Shown one piece after another: positions 10,421 to 20,362 of a stretch of DNA of 64,000 bases. Source of the DNA: an uncultured Clostridiaceae bacterium (lineage in GTDB: Bacteria > Bacillota > Clostridia > Ch29); the NCBI GenBank assembly GCA_964508195.1, contig CAZDSH010000001.1:131351-195350 (forward strand), written 5' to 3'. Both the position numbers and the translations under genes were made by a program. The first letter of the stretch is position 1. Every line of letters begins with the position of its first letter. The notes below the pieces were generated by a model. The model worked only from the letters and a program-made list of their open reading frames with translations. It was not told where the DNA came from and ran no database searches.

Positions 10421-11215
10421 TTAAAGCCCCTTCTTCATGTCCTCTAATTGTTGTTTAAAGGCCCGTAGCATTAAGGATGCATCACAGGGGGATCCTGTTA
10501 TCATACTAGCTCCGGCATCGATCAATTCCTTTGCTGTCCGGTTATAAGCGGAATGGCCTGCGGGTATCCCTAGCTTAACGGAGGTATCCATGGCCTTTGC
10601 CTTTGAAAAAATACCATCTATTGTTTCCGCTACCTTCGGATGATCCAATTCACCGAGTACGTCTAAGGATCTAGATAGGTCCGCGGGCCCTATAAATGCA
10701 AAGTCAAGCCCCTCAACCGTTAAGATATCTTCTACCATCTGCGCAGATGCGCTATCTTCAATCATTGTGCCAACTAAAATATCCTCATTTGAAATACGGA
10801 TGTGTTCCTTAAAGGGCACCGTCGAGTAATCAGCGGCCCTGGAGCCGGTAAATATACCGCGGTTACCATAGGGACGATAATATACAGCATCTATCAGCTT
10901 TTCGACGTCCTCCCTGTCCTTAGTACGGGGTATCATTATACCCTGCACCCCGGTTTCGAGCACCCTTAGGATGGTCTTCGAGTTGTTCTCCGGTACCCTT
11001 ACCATCGTTGTAATGCCTGTGGCGTCCCCGGCCCTGACCATTTCCTGGACCAACTGCAACGAAAAAGTTGAATGTTCCATATCAATAATAATGTAATCAA
11101 ATCCTGCATAGGCCGCCACTTCTATCATGGTAGGATCGGAAAAACCTAGCCCTGCAAAGGTTCCGAATATTGGTTTGCCTGCATCTAACATTGTTTTTGC
11201 TTTGTTTTTTTTCAT
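10421..11215 (-). CDS. HpcH/HpaI family aldolase (2-keto-3-deoxy-acid aldolase).
   Basis: The N-terminal half (KTMLDAGKPIFGTF ... DYIIIDMEHS) matches the HpcH/HpaI family. The internal Met start is preferred over the ORF-track start at 11236. Confidence 0.75.
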   Translation of the reverse strand: MKKNKAKTMLDAGKPIFGTFAGLGFSDPTMIEVAAYAGFDYIIIDMEHSTFSLQLVQEMVRAGDATGITTMVRVPENNSKTILRVLETGVQGIMIPRTKDREDVEKLIDAVYYRPYGNRGIFTGSRAADYSTVPFKEHIRISNEDILVGTMIEDSASAQMVEDILTVEGLDFAFIGPADLSRSLDVLGELDHPKVAETIDGIFSKAKAMDTSVKLGIPAGHSAYNRTAKELIDAGASMITGSPCDASLMLRAFKQQLEDMKKGL

Positions 11216-11340
11216 CTTAGTTTTATCCCCTTCCATTGATCTTTTAGTGGTTTGATCGCTTGTTTCATAACTCGCTCCTTTTATGGTTGATGCCCCTAGG
11301 CCCTTTGGGATGATTCTTGTTATCCTTTTAGATTTTTCAG

Positions 11341-12102
11341 TTAACCGCTATAACCCATCTTTGTAGATATTTTATGTGAATATTCGGTAATCAGTTTTTC
11401 AAATCTTTTGATCTTATCATCATCGAATGTATGTTTAAGCCCCGCTATGGCCATCCCGGCCACAGCCTTTCCCCGATGATCGAATATCGGTGCGCCGAAG
11501 GCTAGGACACCTATATCCACCTCCTCATCACTAACAGAGTACCCATGTTTTTGTATGGTCTTAATCTGGGATAACAATTCGTCAACGGATAATGTCTTGT
11601 GCGTAAAGGAATCATGTCTCATATCCGTTATTATTTCCTTTATATCCGCCGGGTCTAGATGGGCGAATAGAGCCTTTGCTGCAGCGCCGCCATAGAATGG
11701 GGCGATTTTCCCTATATCACAATAAAAACGTACATTTTCCCGTCCATCCACACGATCTATGAATATAAAATTATTTTTTGTCCTTATGCCTAATGTTACG
11801 GTTTCGCCACAGAGATAGGCCAATTCCTTAATAATCGGGTGGGCTACCTCGCGTAAATCCAAATCCTTTAAAATAAAATTACCTAATTCAAGTAACCCAA
11901 AACTTAGTCTGTACTTCCTAGTTTCGGGGTTTTGTTCCACGAGGTTCCTTTCCTTTAAAGAATATAAAATCCTATAGACTGTCCCCTTATTTATCCCTGT
12001 TAATTTACTGATTTGGTTTAGTCCTATTTCCCTACAATTATGATCCTTCCATACAAAAAGTATGTTTAGAACATTGTTAGCCGAGGTAAGTGGTTTCAAC
12101 AC
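11341..12102 (-). CDS. IclR family transcriptional regulator.
   Basis: N-terminal winged HTH (ISKLTGINKGTVYRILYSL) and a C-terminal effector domain. Length is 253 aa. Confidence 0.8.
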   Translation of the reverse strand: MLKPLTSANNVLNILFVWKDHNCREIGLNQISKLTGINKGTVYRILYSLKERNLVEQNPETRKYRLSFGLLELGNFILKDLDLREVAHPIIKELAYLCGETVTLGIRTKNNFIFIDRVDGRENVRFYCDIGKIAPFYGGAAAKALFAHLDPADIKEIITDMRHDSFTHKTLSVDELLSQIKTIQKHGYSVSDEEVDIGVLAFGAPIFDHRGKAVAGMAIAGLKHTFDDDKIKRFEKLITEYSHKISTKMGYSG

Positions 12103-12237
12103 CTCACCCCCTCGTATGTATGGTTACATATAGCAACCACTGGTTATTTTTCTACGTTTTGATTTAATTATAGTCCAATTTTCATTCGTTGTCAATTAAA
12201 TAAGTTTTGCATTGTCATACAAAGCCCCTTTGGAAAT

Positions 12238-12262
12238 AAAAAAAGGACCCCTTAAAGGTCCC
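12238..12262 (-). terminator. Rho-independent terminator downstream of spoIVA.
   Basis: On the minus strand: GGACC-TTTAAGG-GGTCC followed by TTTTTTT. Confidence 0.6.
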
Positions 12263-12269
12263 CAATAGC

Positions 12270-13748
12270 TTAAAGTATTATACAGATTAGTCCGCCGCTA
12301 CCCTCATTGACTATCCTTTGTAATGTAAGCTGTAGCTTATCCCGGGCATCGTCGGGCATCTTTAGCAGTTTATTTTGCAATTGTTCCCGTACCAGATCGT
12401 ATAAAGATTTGCCGAATATGTTCGATTCCCATAATTTCGATGGGTCGTTTTCGAATTCCGAGATCAAATAATTGAGCAATTCTTCGCTCTGTTTCTCCGT
12501 ACCTACTAGGGGAGATACCTCGGTCTTTATATCGGCCCTTATCATATGTATTGAGGGGGAGCTCGCCCTTAACTTAACGCCGAACCTACTGCCCTGTTTA
12601 AAAATTTCCGGCTCCTCGAGGATCAATTCGTCAAGCTTCGGTGATACGACACCGTAACCCTCCTCCCAAACATCCTTTAAAGCCGAGGCAACCCTGTCAT
12701 ATTGTTTTTTAGCCTCAGACAGTTCACCTACAAGACCCAATAGCTGATGCTCGCTTTCCAGGGGGTAATCGGTAATTTCTTCGATTATGTTATAAAATAA
12801 TCCCGCCTCGGTTTCAATCCTAATATGCACAATTCCTTCCCCTAGGTTTATATTTTCAAATTCCGACCTTTTAGCGAAATCATACGCGTCGAGGGCCTTC
12901 GGTATTCCCTCGGTATCCTTTAACCTTTTTATATCAGCGGTACTTGATTGAACCGCCTTTATTATCCCCTGCCTGAGCCAGTGATCAAAATCCAGGCCCT
13001 CTATCCATTGGGGTAGATCTATATGTATTTCAGTAACCGGGAATTCGAACAATACCCTTTCCAGTATATAATGAACATCGTCCATGGACATATTCATACA
13101 ATCTACTACACATACGGGTACTTCGTATTTTGCTTCCAAGGACTCCGCTATATTCCTGGTTTCCTCCGCCCTGGGATGGGTACTGTTTAAAAGTATTACG
13201 AAGGGTTTGTTCAGATCCTTTAACTCCTTTACAACCCTTTCCTCCGCCTGTATATAGTTTTGCCTGGGTATCTCGGTAATGGAGCCGTCAGTAGTTACCA
13301 AAAACCCTATAGTCGAATGATCGTTTATTACTTTCCTTGTGCCTAGCTCCGCAGCCTCCTCAAAGGGAATCTTGTTTTCGAACCAAGGCGTTGATACCAT
13401 CCTGGGCATTTCGTTCTCTAAATGCCCTATAGCTCCTTTTACCATATAGCCGACACAATCCACTAGCCTCACGCGGAACCTCGCATTGTCCTTTAATACT
13501 ATTTCGACGGCTTCATTAGGTACGAACTTAGGCTCGGTAGTGGAAATAGTACGCCCCGCCCCGCTTTGCGGCAGCTCATCCTTAGCCCTTTCCTTTATAT
13601 AGGGATTATCTATATTCGGTAGTACCAATAAATCCATAAACCTTTTGATGAACGTGGATTTACCTGTCCGTACGGGCCCCACTATTCCAATATAAATATC
13701 CCCCTGGGTTCGTTCTGCTATGTCTTTATATATATTGAATTCTTCCAC
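12270..13748 (-). CDS. spoIVA: Stage IV sporulation protein A, the spore-coat morphogenetic ATPase.
   Basis: N-terminus FNIYKDIAERTQGDIYIGIVGPVRTGKSTFIKRFM is near-identical in pattern to Bacillus SpoIVA. Length is 492 aa. GTG start with AAAAGGGGGGA upstream. Confidence 0.92.
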   Translation of the reverse strand: MEEFNIYKDIAERTQGDIYIGIVGPVRTGKSTFIKRFMDLLVLPNIDNPYIKERAKDELPQSGAGRTISTTEPKFVPNEAVEIVLKDNARFRVRLVDCVGYMVKGAIGHLENEMPRMVSTPWFENKIPFEEAAELGTRKVINDHSTIGFLVTTDGSITEIPRQNYIQAEERVVKELKDLNKPFVILLNSTHPRAEETRNIAESLEAKYEVPVCVVDCMNMSMDDVHYILERVLFEFPVTEIHIDLPQWIEGLDFDHWLRQGIIKAVQSSTADIKRLKDTEGIPKALDAYDFAKRSEFENINLGEGIVHIRIETEAGLFYNIIEEITDYPLESEHQLLGLVGELSEAKKQYDRVASALKDVWEEGYGVVSPKLDELILEEPEIFKQGSRFGVKLRASSPSIHMIRADIKTEVSPLVGTEKQSEELLNYLISEFENDPSKLWESNIFGKSLYDLVREQLQNKLLKMPDDARDKLQLTLQRIVNEGSGGLICIIL

Positions 13749-13871
13749 GTCTTTATCCCCCCTTTTTACTTAATGGAACATGCCTTAACATTATATATAT
13801 ATGAGGGGAAAACCGTATTATTACTAAAAAAAATACGTCCCCCACGCCCCCTGGACCGCCACCTATTTCAG

Positions 13872-13913
13872 ATTAAAAAAAAACAAAAAACCCCGGGGTA
13901 GGATCCGCCCGGG
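13872..13913 (-). terminator. Rho-independent terminator downstream of gpsA.
   Basis: On the minus strand: CCCGGG, a loop of about 10 nt, CCCGGG, then TTTTTTTGTTTTTTTT. Confidence 0.6.
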
Positions 13914-13935
13914 ATTTTATGTAGAATCTGATCCT

Positions 13936-14952
13936 TTACCAGCCTTCGGCAATTTCTTCAGTCTCATGGGTTTTACTCCTTAGCATCAGATTTTCTACGG
14001 ATTTTTTTACGTCACCCTTTTTAAATAAAACGCTATATATCTCCCTAGTTATGGGCATATCTATATCATGAAGTTCTGAAAGTTTGTAGGCGGCCTCAGT
14101 AGCCCTTATGCCCTCTACTACCATGTGTGTACCCCCTAATACTTCATCAAGGGGCTTACCTTCGCCTATCTGTATACCGGCCCTTCTATTACGACTATGC
14201 ATACTGGTACAGGTAACTATAAGGTCCCCTATACCGGTAAGACCTGCAAAGGTTGAAGCCTTGGCCCCCATCTTTACGCCTAACCTTGCTATTTCTACTA
14301 TTCCCCTAGTCATAATAGCTGCCTTAGTATTGTCGCCGTACCCTAGGCCGTCTGAGATCCCCGCGCCTAAAGCGATTACGTTTTTTAATGCGCCGCCTAT
14401 TTCGACCCCTATTATATCGGGGTTAGTATAGACTCTGAATGTCGGGGCCATAAATAGATCCTGTACGTATTCCGCCATTCCCCGTTCCCTGGAGGCAACA
14501 GCCACCGTTGTCGGCATACCCTTTCCAACCTCCTCTGCATGGCTTGGCCCGGACACAGTAGCTACACTGTTTTTTGGAAAGGTTCCCTTTATGATCTCCG
14601 ACATACGTTTAAGGGTATCTGTATCCAACCCCTTAGCTACGTTGATTAGCCTTTGTTTTGGTTCGATCAAGGGGTCCAGCACCTTTATGACATCCTTTAA
14701 TCCATGGGAGGGAACGGCAAACACGATAGCCTCGCATCCCCTGATACTTCCCTTTATATCACCTATCGGGTTAATGTTTTTACCCAGCTTAACCCCGGGT
14801 AAATATGTTGTATTTTCCCCGGTTTTTTTTATCTTCTCTAAAAGGTCCCTATTACGAACCCATAGATTTAATTCTATACCTTTGCCGTCGAGCACCGTAG
14901 CAAGGGCAGTGCCCCAACTTCCGGCGCCTAATATTGCAATTTTTGTATTCAT
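13936..14952 (-). CDS. gpsA: NAD(P)H-dependent glycerol-3-phosphate dehydrogenase.
   Basis: N-terminal KIAILGAGSWGTALA. Length is 338 aa. Followed by plsY as in other Firmicutes. Confidence 0.9.
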   Translation of the reverse strand: MNTKIAILGAGSWGTALATVLDGKGIELNLWVRNRDLLEKIKKTGENTTYLPGVKLGKNINPIGDIKGSIRGCEAIVFAVPSHGLKDVIKVLDPLIEPKQRLINVAKGLDTDTLKRMSEIIKGTFPKNSVATVSGPSHAEEVGKGMPTTVAVASRERGMAEYVQDLFMAPTFRVYTNPDIIGVEIGGALKNVIALGAGISDGLGYGDNTKAAIMTRGIVEIARLGVKMGAKASTFAGLTGIGDLIVTCTSMHSRNRRAGIQIGEGKPLDEVLGGTHMVVEGIRATEAAYKLSELHDIDMPITREIYSVLFKKGDVKKSVENLMLRSKTHETEEIAEGW

Positions 14953-14958
14953 AATAAA

Positions 14959-15567
14959 CTATTCCCCCTTTTTTGATGTGAATTTTATCGTAATCTTCGA
15001 TTCCCGGCCCCTTAGTAACCTTTTTATATTATCTTTATGCCGTAACAGGGCAAACACGCTTATGGCCCCAGAAAATATTATCATCTCCCGGGAGGATTTA
15101 AAGAATATTACGAGTACTGGATAGAGCAGCGCACAGCTAATTGATGCCAAGGATACGTACCGGGTTATTATTATTATAAGTACACCGATAGTAAGCACTA
15201 TAGCCGCCACCCTTATATCCAAGCTAAAAAGCACCCCTAGGGAAGTAGCTATCCCCTTACCCCCCTTAAATTTGAGTACGAAGGGCCAGTTGTGACCGCA
15301 CACCGCCGCTGTTCCAGCTAGGATAGTGCTTATATCGCCGCCCCCTATATGTCTGCCTACGATTACCGCCATTACCCCTTTGAGGATGTCTATGGCAAAG
15401 GCAAAGGCCGCGGGCTTGCTACCCAGTACCCTGTTCACGTTCGTCGCACCGGCGTTTTTGCTCCCATGTTCCCTTATATCTATGCCCCCTACGATTTTGC
15501 CTATTATGTATGCTCCATTTACGTTTCCGAGTAAATACCCTAAAAGAACTGATACTGCCAGACCCAT
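14959..15567 (-). CDS. plsY: Glycerol-3-phosphate acyltransferase PlsY.
   Basis: 202 aa membrane protein with the NxGATN and HNWP motifs. Confidence 0.85.
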   Translation of the reverse strand: MGLAVSVLLGYLLGNVNGAYIIGKIVGGIDIREHGSKNAGATNVNRVLGSKPAAFAFAIDILKGVMAVIVGRHIGGGDISTILAGTAAVCGHNWPFVLKFKGGKGIATSLGVLFSLDIRVAAIVLTIGVLIIIITRYVSLASISCALLYPVLVIFFKSSREMIIFSGAISVFALLRHKDNIKRLLRGRESKITIKFTSKKGE

Positions 15568-15580
15568 AGATTAGCCCCCT

Positions 15581-16897
15581 TTATTCATTCTTTTCCCTTA
15601 CTGCTATTCTGATCGGCGTTCCGTTAAAATCGAAGGCTTCGCGAAATTGGTTTTCGATGTAACGAAGATAGGAAAAGTGCATCAGCTTGTTGTCATTAAC
15701 AAATAGTGCAAAGGAAGGGGGTTTGATATCGAACTGGGTACCATAGAAAATCTTAAGCCTTCTGCCTTTGTCTGAAGGCGGTTGATTTATAAGCGTTGCC
15801 TCCCCTAAAACTTCGTTTAACACCCCCGTGGTAATCCGCCGCATTGCATTTAGATTTACTTCTTCTACTAATTTTAGAATCCTATTTACCCTTTGCCCGG
15901 TTTTGGCGGATATGAACAGGATAGGTGCATAGTCTATAAATGCGAGCTTAGTCCTTATATTGTTTCTATACTCCTTAGTACCCTTACTTTTTTCTCTATA
16001 GATATCCCATTTGTTAATCGCTATTATACAAGCCTTGCCTTCTTTTTGTATGTGTCCCGCTATTTTTGTATCCTGCTCCGTCGGCCCTTCACAGGCATCT
16101 ATCACTAAAATGCTGACATCGCTCCTTGTAACCGCTGTCAATGCCCTTAGGACGCTATATTTTTCGATAACTCCGTCTATTCGACTCTTCCTCCTTATAC
16201 CTGCAGTATCTATAAATATATATTTCTTCCCATCGGCAATAAAGGGCGTATCTACTGCATCCCTTGTAGTACCGGGTACATCGCTTACTATGACCCTATC
16301 TTCACCGAGGATTTTGTTTAGAAGCGATGATTTACCCACATTAGGCTTGCCTAATATAGCAACCCTTGTTATATCCTCGGCTTTTGTTTCGGCTTCCCTA
16401 TCCGGAAATTTTGACGCTATCTCGTCCAATAAATCCCCAAGGCCTAGCTGTTGTTCCGCGGATATAGGTATAGGTTTTCCTAGACCAAGGTTATAAAATT
16501 CGTATACGTATTCTTCCCATCGTTTAGAATCCACCTTATTACATACCAGTATTATCGGTTTCAAGGATTTCCTTAAAACGTCCGCTACCTCATGATCAGT
16601 TGACGTTATACCCTCCCTTGCATCAACCATAAACAAAATAATATCTGCGGTATCTATTGCAATTTGTGATTGGATCCGCATTTGTTCGAATATAGGATCT
16701 TCCTTCGCAAATTCAATGCCCCCTGTATCTATTAACGTAAATTCGTGGTTTAGCCACCCCACATCGGCGTATATTCTATCCCGTGTTATGCCGGGGATGG
16801 CCTCTACTATAGAAATTCTTTTACCTGCTATTTTATTAAAAAACGTGGATTTGCCTACGTTTGGCCTTCCCACTATAGCCACTATCGGTTTTGCCAT
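15581..16897 (-). CDS. der: Ribosome-associated GTPase Der (EngA).
   Basis: Tandem GTPase domains (GRPNVGKST and GKPNVGKSS) and a KH-like C-terminus. Start at MAKPIV. Overlaps the upstream gene as TGATG. Confidence 0.9.
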   Translation of the reverse strand: MAKPIVAIVGRPNVGKSTFFNKIAGKRISIVEAIPGITRDRIYADVGWLNHEFTLIDTGGIEFAKEDPIFEQMRIQSQIAIDTADIILFMVDAREGITSTDHEVADVLRKSLKPIILVCNKVDSKRWEEYVYEFYNLGLGKPIPISAEQQLGLGDLLDEIASKFPDREAETKAEDITRVAILGKPNVGKSSLLNKILGEDRVIVSDVPGTTRDAVDTPFIADGKKYIFIDTAGIRRKSRIDGVIEKYSVLRALTAVTRSDVSILVIDACEGPTEQDTKIAGHIQKEGKACIIAINKWDIYREKSKGTKEYRNNIRTKLAFIDYAPILFISAKTGQRVNRILKLVEEVNLNAMRRITTGVLNEVLGEATLINQPPSDKGRRLKIFYGTQFDIKPPSFALFVNDNKLMHFSYLRYIENQFREAFDFNGTPIRIAVREKNE

Positions 16898-18216
16898 CAC
16901 AAACCCCCCAGGATTAATTTTTCCAACAATATCCCACCATCGACGGGACATGCTCTTACCTCTACATCGAGGGCTTCTTTTACCATGGATATGGTTATAT
17001 CGTCAAGGAATACTTCTTCCCCGGCCCTCAACATATTCTTAGGTATGATCAATTTTTTTCCTAATTCCTTGTCCCTTAACTGAGCGATTAAATCGTTGCC
17101 TGTAACAAGGCCGGATACGTTTATAGTTTCGCCGAAGAATTTATTCGATATTGGATACACGGATATATTCCTGTGTCCCGTCTTTTTCTCGGCCTTTTCG
17201 ATGAGGCGTTTTATAAAATCCGCTGCAGCAACCCCTGTTGCAATGGAAATCCTATCTCGTTTCCTATAACCGTAGGACGCTCCGTTAAACATATCATTAA
17301 ACTGTTTTTCAAATAAGGACATCATACCTATACCATTTTCCAACTGCGGAAAATCCCCATAGGTTTCGTAATGCGGTATCGGTAGTTTAGCCTTTAGATA
17401 TAATTCGTCAGCGGCGTACACAACCCTGCTTTTGCACCTTTGATAGAAAGATCTTTGCCACTTATTTATAATATCTATGGCATAGACGGCGCCCCTGGCG
17501 TCAAGGGGTCTTAATGGAAAAAGTCCCTCCCTATATCTGGTGATGCCAACAGGCACTACGCCAATGCTTTTTATGTTATGCCCTAGATTAAACAAATCCC
17601 TTAGCGTCCTATCAAGCTCAATCCCGTCGTTTATCCCGGGGCACAACACTATCTGGCAGTTTAACGCTAGTCCATTTTGTGAAAATGTGTCCAATATTCT
17701 AAGTCCTTTATCGGCCCTTGGGTTCCTTAGCATCCGTACCCTTAAATCCGGGTCCGTGGTATGCACCGATACGTTTAGCGGGCTTATTCTATATTTTATT
17801 ATCCTATCTATATCCGATGATCTTAAATTAGTCAATGATATAAAATTGCCCTGTAAGAACGAAAGCCTCAAATCATCATCCTTAAAATAAAGGCTCTCCC
17901 TCATCCCTTGGGGCAACTGATCTATAAAACAAAATATACATTTATTCGCACAGCTTTTCTCAGGACTCATAAGTTCCGTTTCGAATACAAGTCCCAAGTC
18001 CTCGTAGGGTTCCTTATCTATCTCTAATAGCCACTCCTCGCCGGAGACCTTTTTGATAAGTACCTCTATGTAATAATCATTTATCACGTACCTATATTCT
18101 AAAATGTCCTCTATAGGATCACCGTTAATACTAAGCAGCATATCCCCCGTTGAGACGCCTGATTCCTCCGCAATGCTACCCTCTTTAACCGTCGTTATCC
18201 GATGGGCTTTTGTCAT
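16897..18216 (-). CDS. Radical-SAM-like protein with an N-terminal PDZ-like domain (DUF512 family).
   Basis: CANKCIFC (CX3CX2C) motif. The N-terminal region is PDZ-like (GSIAEESGVSTGDMLLSINGDPI). Translationally coupled to der. Confidence 0.6.
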   Translation of the reverse strand: MTKAHRITTVKEGSIAEESGVSTGDMLLSINGDPIEDILEYRYVINDYYIEVLIKKVSGEEWLLEIDKEPYEDLGLVFETELMSPEKSCANKCIFCFIDQLPQGMRESLYFKDDDLRLSFLQGNFISLTNLRSSDIDRIIKYRISPLNVSVHTTDPDLRVRMLRNPRADKGLRILDTFSQNGLALNCQIVLCPGINDGIELDRTLRDLFNLGHNIKSIGVVPVGITRYREGLFPLRPLDARGAVYAIDIINKWQRSFYQRCKSRVVYAADELYLKAKLPIPHYETYGDFPQLENGIGMMSLFEKQFNDMFNGASYGYRKRDRISIATGVAAADFIKRLIEKAEKKTGHRNISVYPISNKFFGETINVSGLVTGNDLIAQLRDKELGKKLIIPKNMLRAGEEVFLDDITISMVKEALDVEVRACPVDGGILLEKLILGGL

Positions 18217-18383
18217 ATTTATTACCTCCGCCTACTACCTGATGCTAGTATTATATCATAATAATGTTTTAGATTATATGTGTAACTATTATCCCATACC
18301 TTTGTAATATAACAAAGGGATTTTGCTCCTTTAGACGAATGCAAAATCCCTAACTGTCTTAATATAATGTAATTGGAACGGCT

Positions 18384-19496
18384 TTACCTGCCTCGATCCC
18401 TTTTATCTTCATTTTCGGAGGACAGATTAAACTCCCTTGTTATAAAACCCTTAACCTTAGAGAATATCTCCCTGTCGCCGGTACTTATAAATAAAAACCC
18501 GATACCGCCTAATAAGACGATGCCTATAAGCCAGGCTATACCCGATTTAGAACCTTTGCCGCTTTTTTTGACGCCCGGTTCGACTGTACCCTGTTTTGTA
18601 CTTTCGCCATATAAGGCCTTAGTGACTATACCGGCAAAGATCTTTGCACCATTTTCCGCCCTTTCCCTAGTGTGCTCATGACTTCCGAACTCGAACAACA
18701 GCATCCTTGGTGCAAGGTCCTGGTTGTAGTTTCCCTTTGCATAGAATATATCCCTGACAAAACCGGCATTAGTCTTATCGGAGACAGCTTTAATCTTGCG
18801 GGCCAATTCCTCATTGGCCTTTATATTTTGATTTTGCCTGCCTAAAACAATCCTTACCCGGGCTACCGGCGTATCATCTATAGTGGCGATATAATGTTCC
18901 TTAGGTATGGCATCCCTGTGGACATCAAATAGCGCATCGGGCCTTTGTTGAAGCAGTTTTATCGCCGTTCGCCTAGATCGTATATAGGAATTAGCGTCAT
19001 GGGGCTCGTGGGGCGTTTTATTAATAATGGCCTTTACTCCATGCTTTTCGAAACCCTTTTTGAAGGCCTCCCCTACTTTCATTATGCCGCCGTTCCCTGG
19101 TTTACTGTCAGTACCGTCGGAGGGTACGTAGGACTCGGCGCTATGACTGAAATATAGGGCTACCTTTTTTTCTTTTTCAGCGGTCTGCATCGCTTCCGTA
19201 ACGAGCATTTCATCTATTACCGGCATTTTTATATCCTCTATAAAACGTGCGTATGCCTTCTTTTGATCCCGGTCCGCCTCTAAGACCTCGTACATTTTGT
19301 TATCGGTACTGTGGTACTTGTCCCCTACGTCTACTTCCCAGGACGTGGCAAATATTTCGTCCCCCGTACCCTGTTCAAAGACGATATAATATTCCCTATT
19401 ACTGTGTTCATTGCCAACGGTATCAGCGCGGATCGTTATACCCATCGTTAACAGCATTATAATAATAGGTACTAATATACGTTTTTTAATCCCCAT
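18384..19496 (-). CDS. spoIIP: Stage II sporulation protein P, the engulfment amidase.
   Basis: N-terminal signal/TM segment. Motif ALYFSHSAESYVP corresponds to the conserved SpoIIP HTHxxESY region. Length is 370 aa. Confidence 0.75.
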   Translation of the reverse strand: MGIKKRILVPIIIMLLTMGITIRADTVGNEHSNREYYIVFEQGTGDEIFATSWEVDVGDKYHSTDNKMYEVLEADRDQKKAYARFIEDIKMPVIDEMLVTEAMQTAEKEKKVALYFSHSAESYVPSDGTDSKPGNGGIMKVGEAFKKGFEKHGVKAIINKTPHEPHDANSYIRSRRTAIKLLQQRPDALFDVHRDAIPKEHYIATIDDTPVARVRIVLGRQNQNIKANEELARKIKAVSDKTNAGFVRDIFYAKGNYNQDLAPRMLLFEFGSHEHTRERAENGAKIFAGIVTKALYGESTKQGTVEPGVKKSGKGSKSGIAWLIGIVLLGGIGFLFISTGDREIFSKVKGFITREFNLSSENEDKRDRGR

Positions 19497-20181
19497 CCCT
19501 ATCGCCGCCGTTTCTTGGTATACTGTCTCTAGTTTTTACGAATTCACCCTTATCGAAGACCATATCCTTTTTATCGGTACCCCCCTGCAATTTCTCCCGC
19601 GTTTCGCCTATAACCTCGGCTAACACTACGGCAAATATACCGGCTATCACGGTGGCGTCAAAGGCGCCGGCCCCGCCAAAAACTGTCTTTCCGGGGCTTT
19701 TAGTAAAACCGTTAACTAAGGCCTGGGCCAGATCACTTAAAATAATAGCCATAATGCCTGCTATGAAGGCCGCCCTCCTAGACCTGCCTAGCAAATACGC
19801 TATGCCACCGCCTATCAGCGCATAAAGATAATTGTAGGTCATAAACTGGTTCTCCTCGGGCCCCGCCGGTAAAACCTTGCTCAAGCCATACACCACGGCC
19901 CCTGATGCAATAGCTGCAACGACGGCCCTCGTCCTTTCTTCAGCGGTCCCGGCCTTTATAAACAGATACACCGCCAGGGCTATAGGTATAATCGCTCCTC
20001 CTACGTTAATGGAAACATTTTTGTTTATGCCTATATCCGGTATAAAGGTACCCACCAGCATCGCGACGATAACCGCTAGGGCACCGCCGTCGGTAAGCCT
20101 TAATCTGTCCAATACCCTATGGCCGACCCCTAAAAGGATAAGCACCGATACGAGTACCAATATTACCAATCCAACGGGCAT
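19486..20181 (-). CDS. Integral membrane protein, possibly of the DUF1614 family.
   Basis: 231 aa, polytopic, with a C-terminal acidic tail. Family assignment is by recall only. Confidence 0.35.
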   Translation of the reverse strand: MPVGLVILVLVSVLILLGVGHRVLDRLRLTDGGALAVIVAMLVGTFIPDIGINKNVSINVGGAIIPIALAVYLFIKAGTAEERTRAVVAAIASGAVVYGLSKVLPAGPEENQFMTYNYLYALIGGGIAYLLGRSRRAAFIAGIMAIILSDLAQALVNGFTKSPGKTVFGGAGAFDATVIAGIFAVVLAEVIGETREKLQGGTDKKDMVFDKGEFVKTRDSIPRNGGDRDGD

Positions 20182-20362
20182 TTTATCACCTCATTTTTGT
20201 GTTTCTTAATATTTAGATTTCCCTTTGCAAAAATAATCTATTCATTTCCCAGAACATTTGAACGCATTGAAGTGATATACTACATACTTTTTCTTTTAAA
20301 ATACAATTTAAAAACCCGGCGCCCTTTGGCCACCGGGTAGTAGTTTTCCCTTCCTGCTTTTT

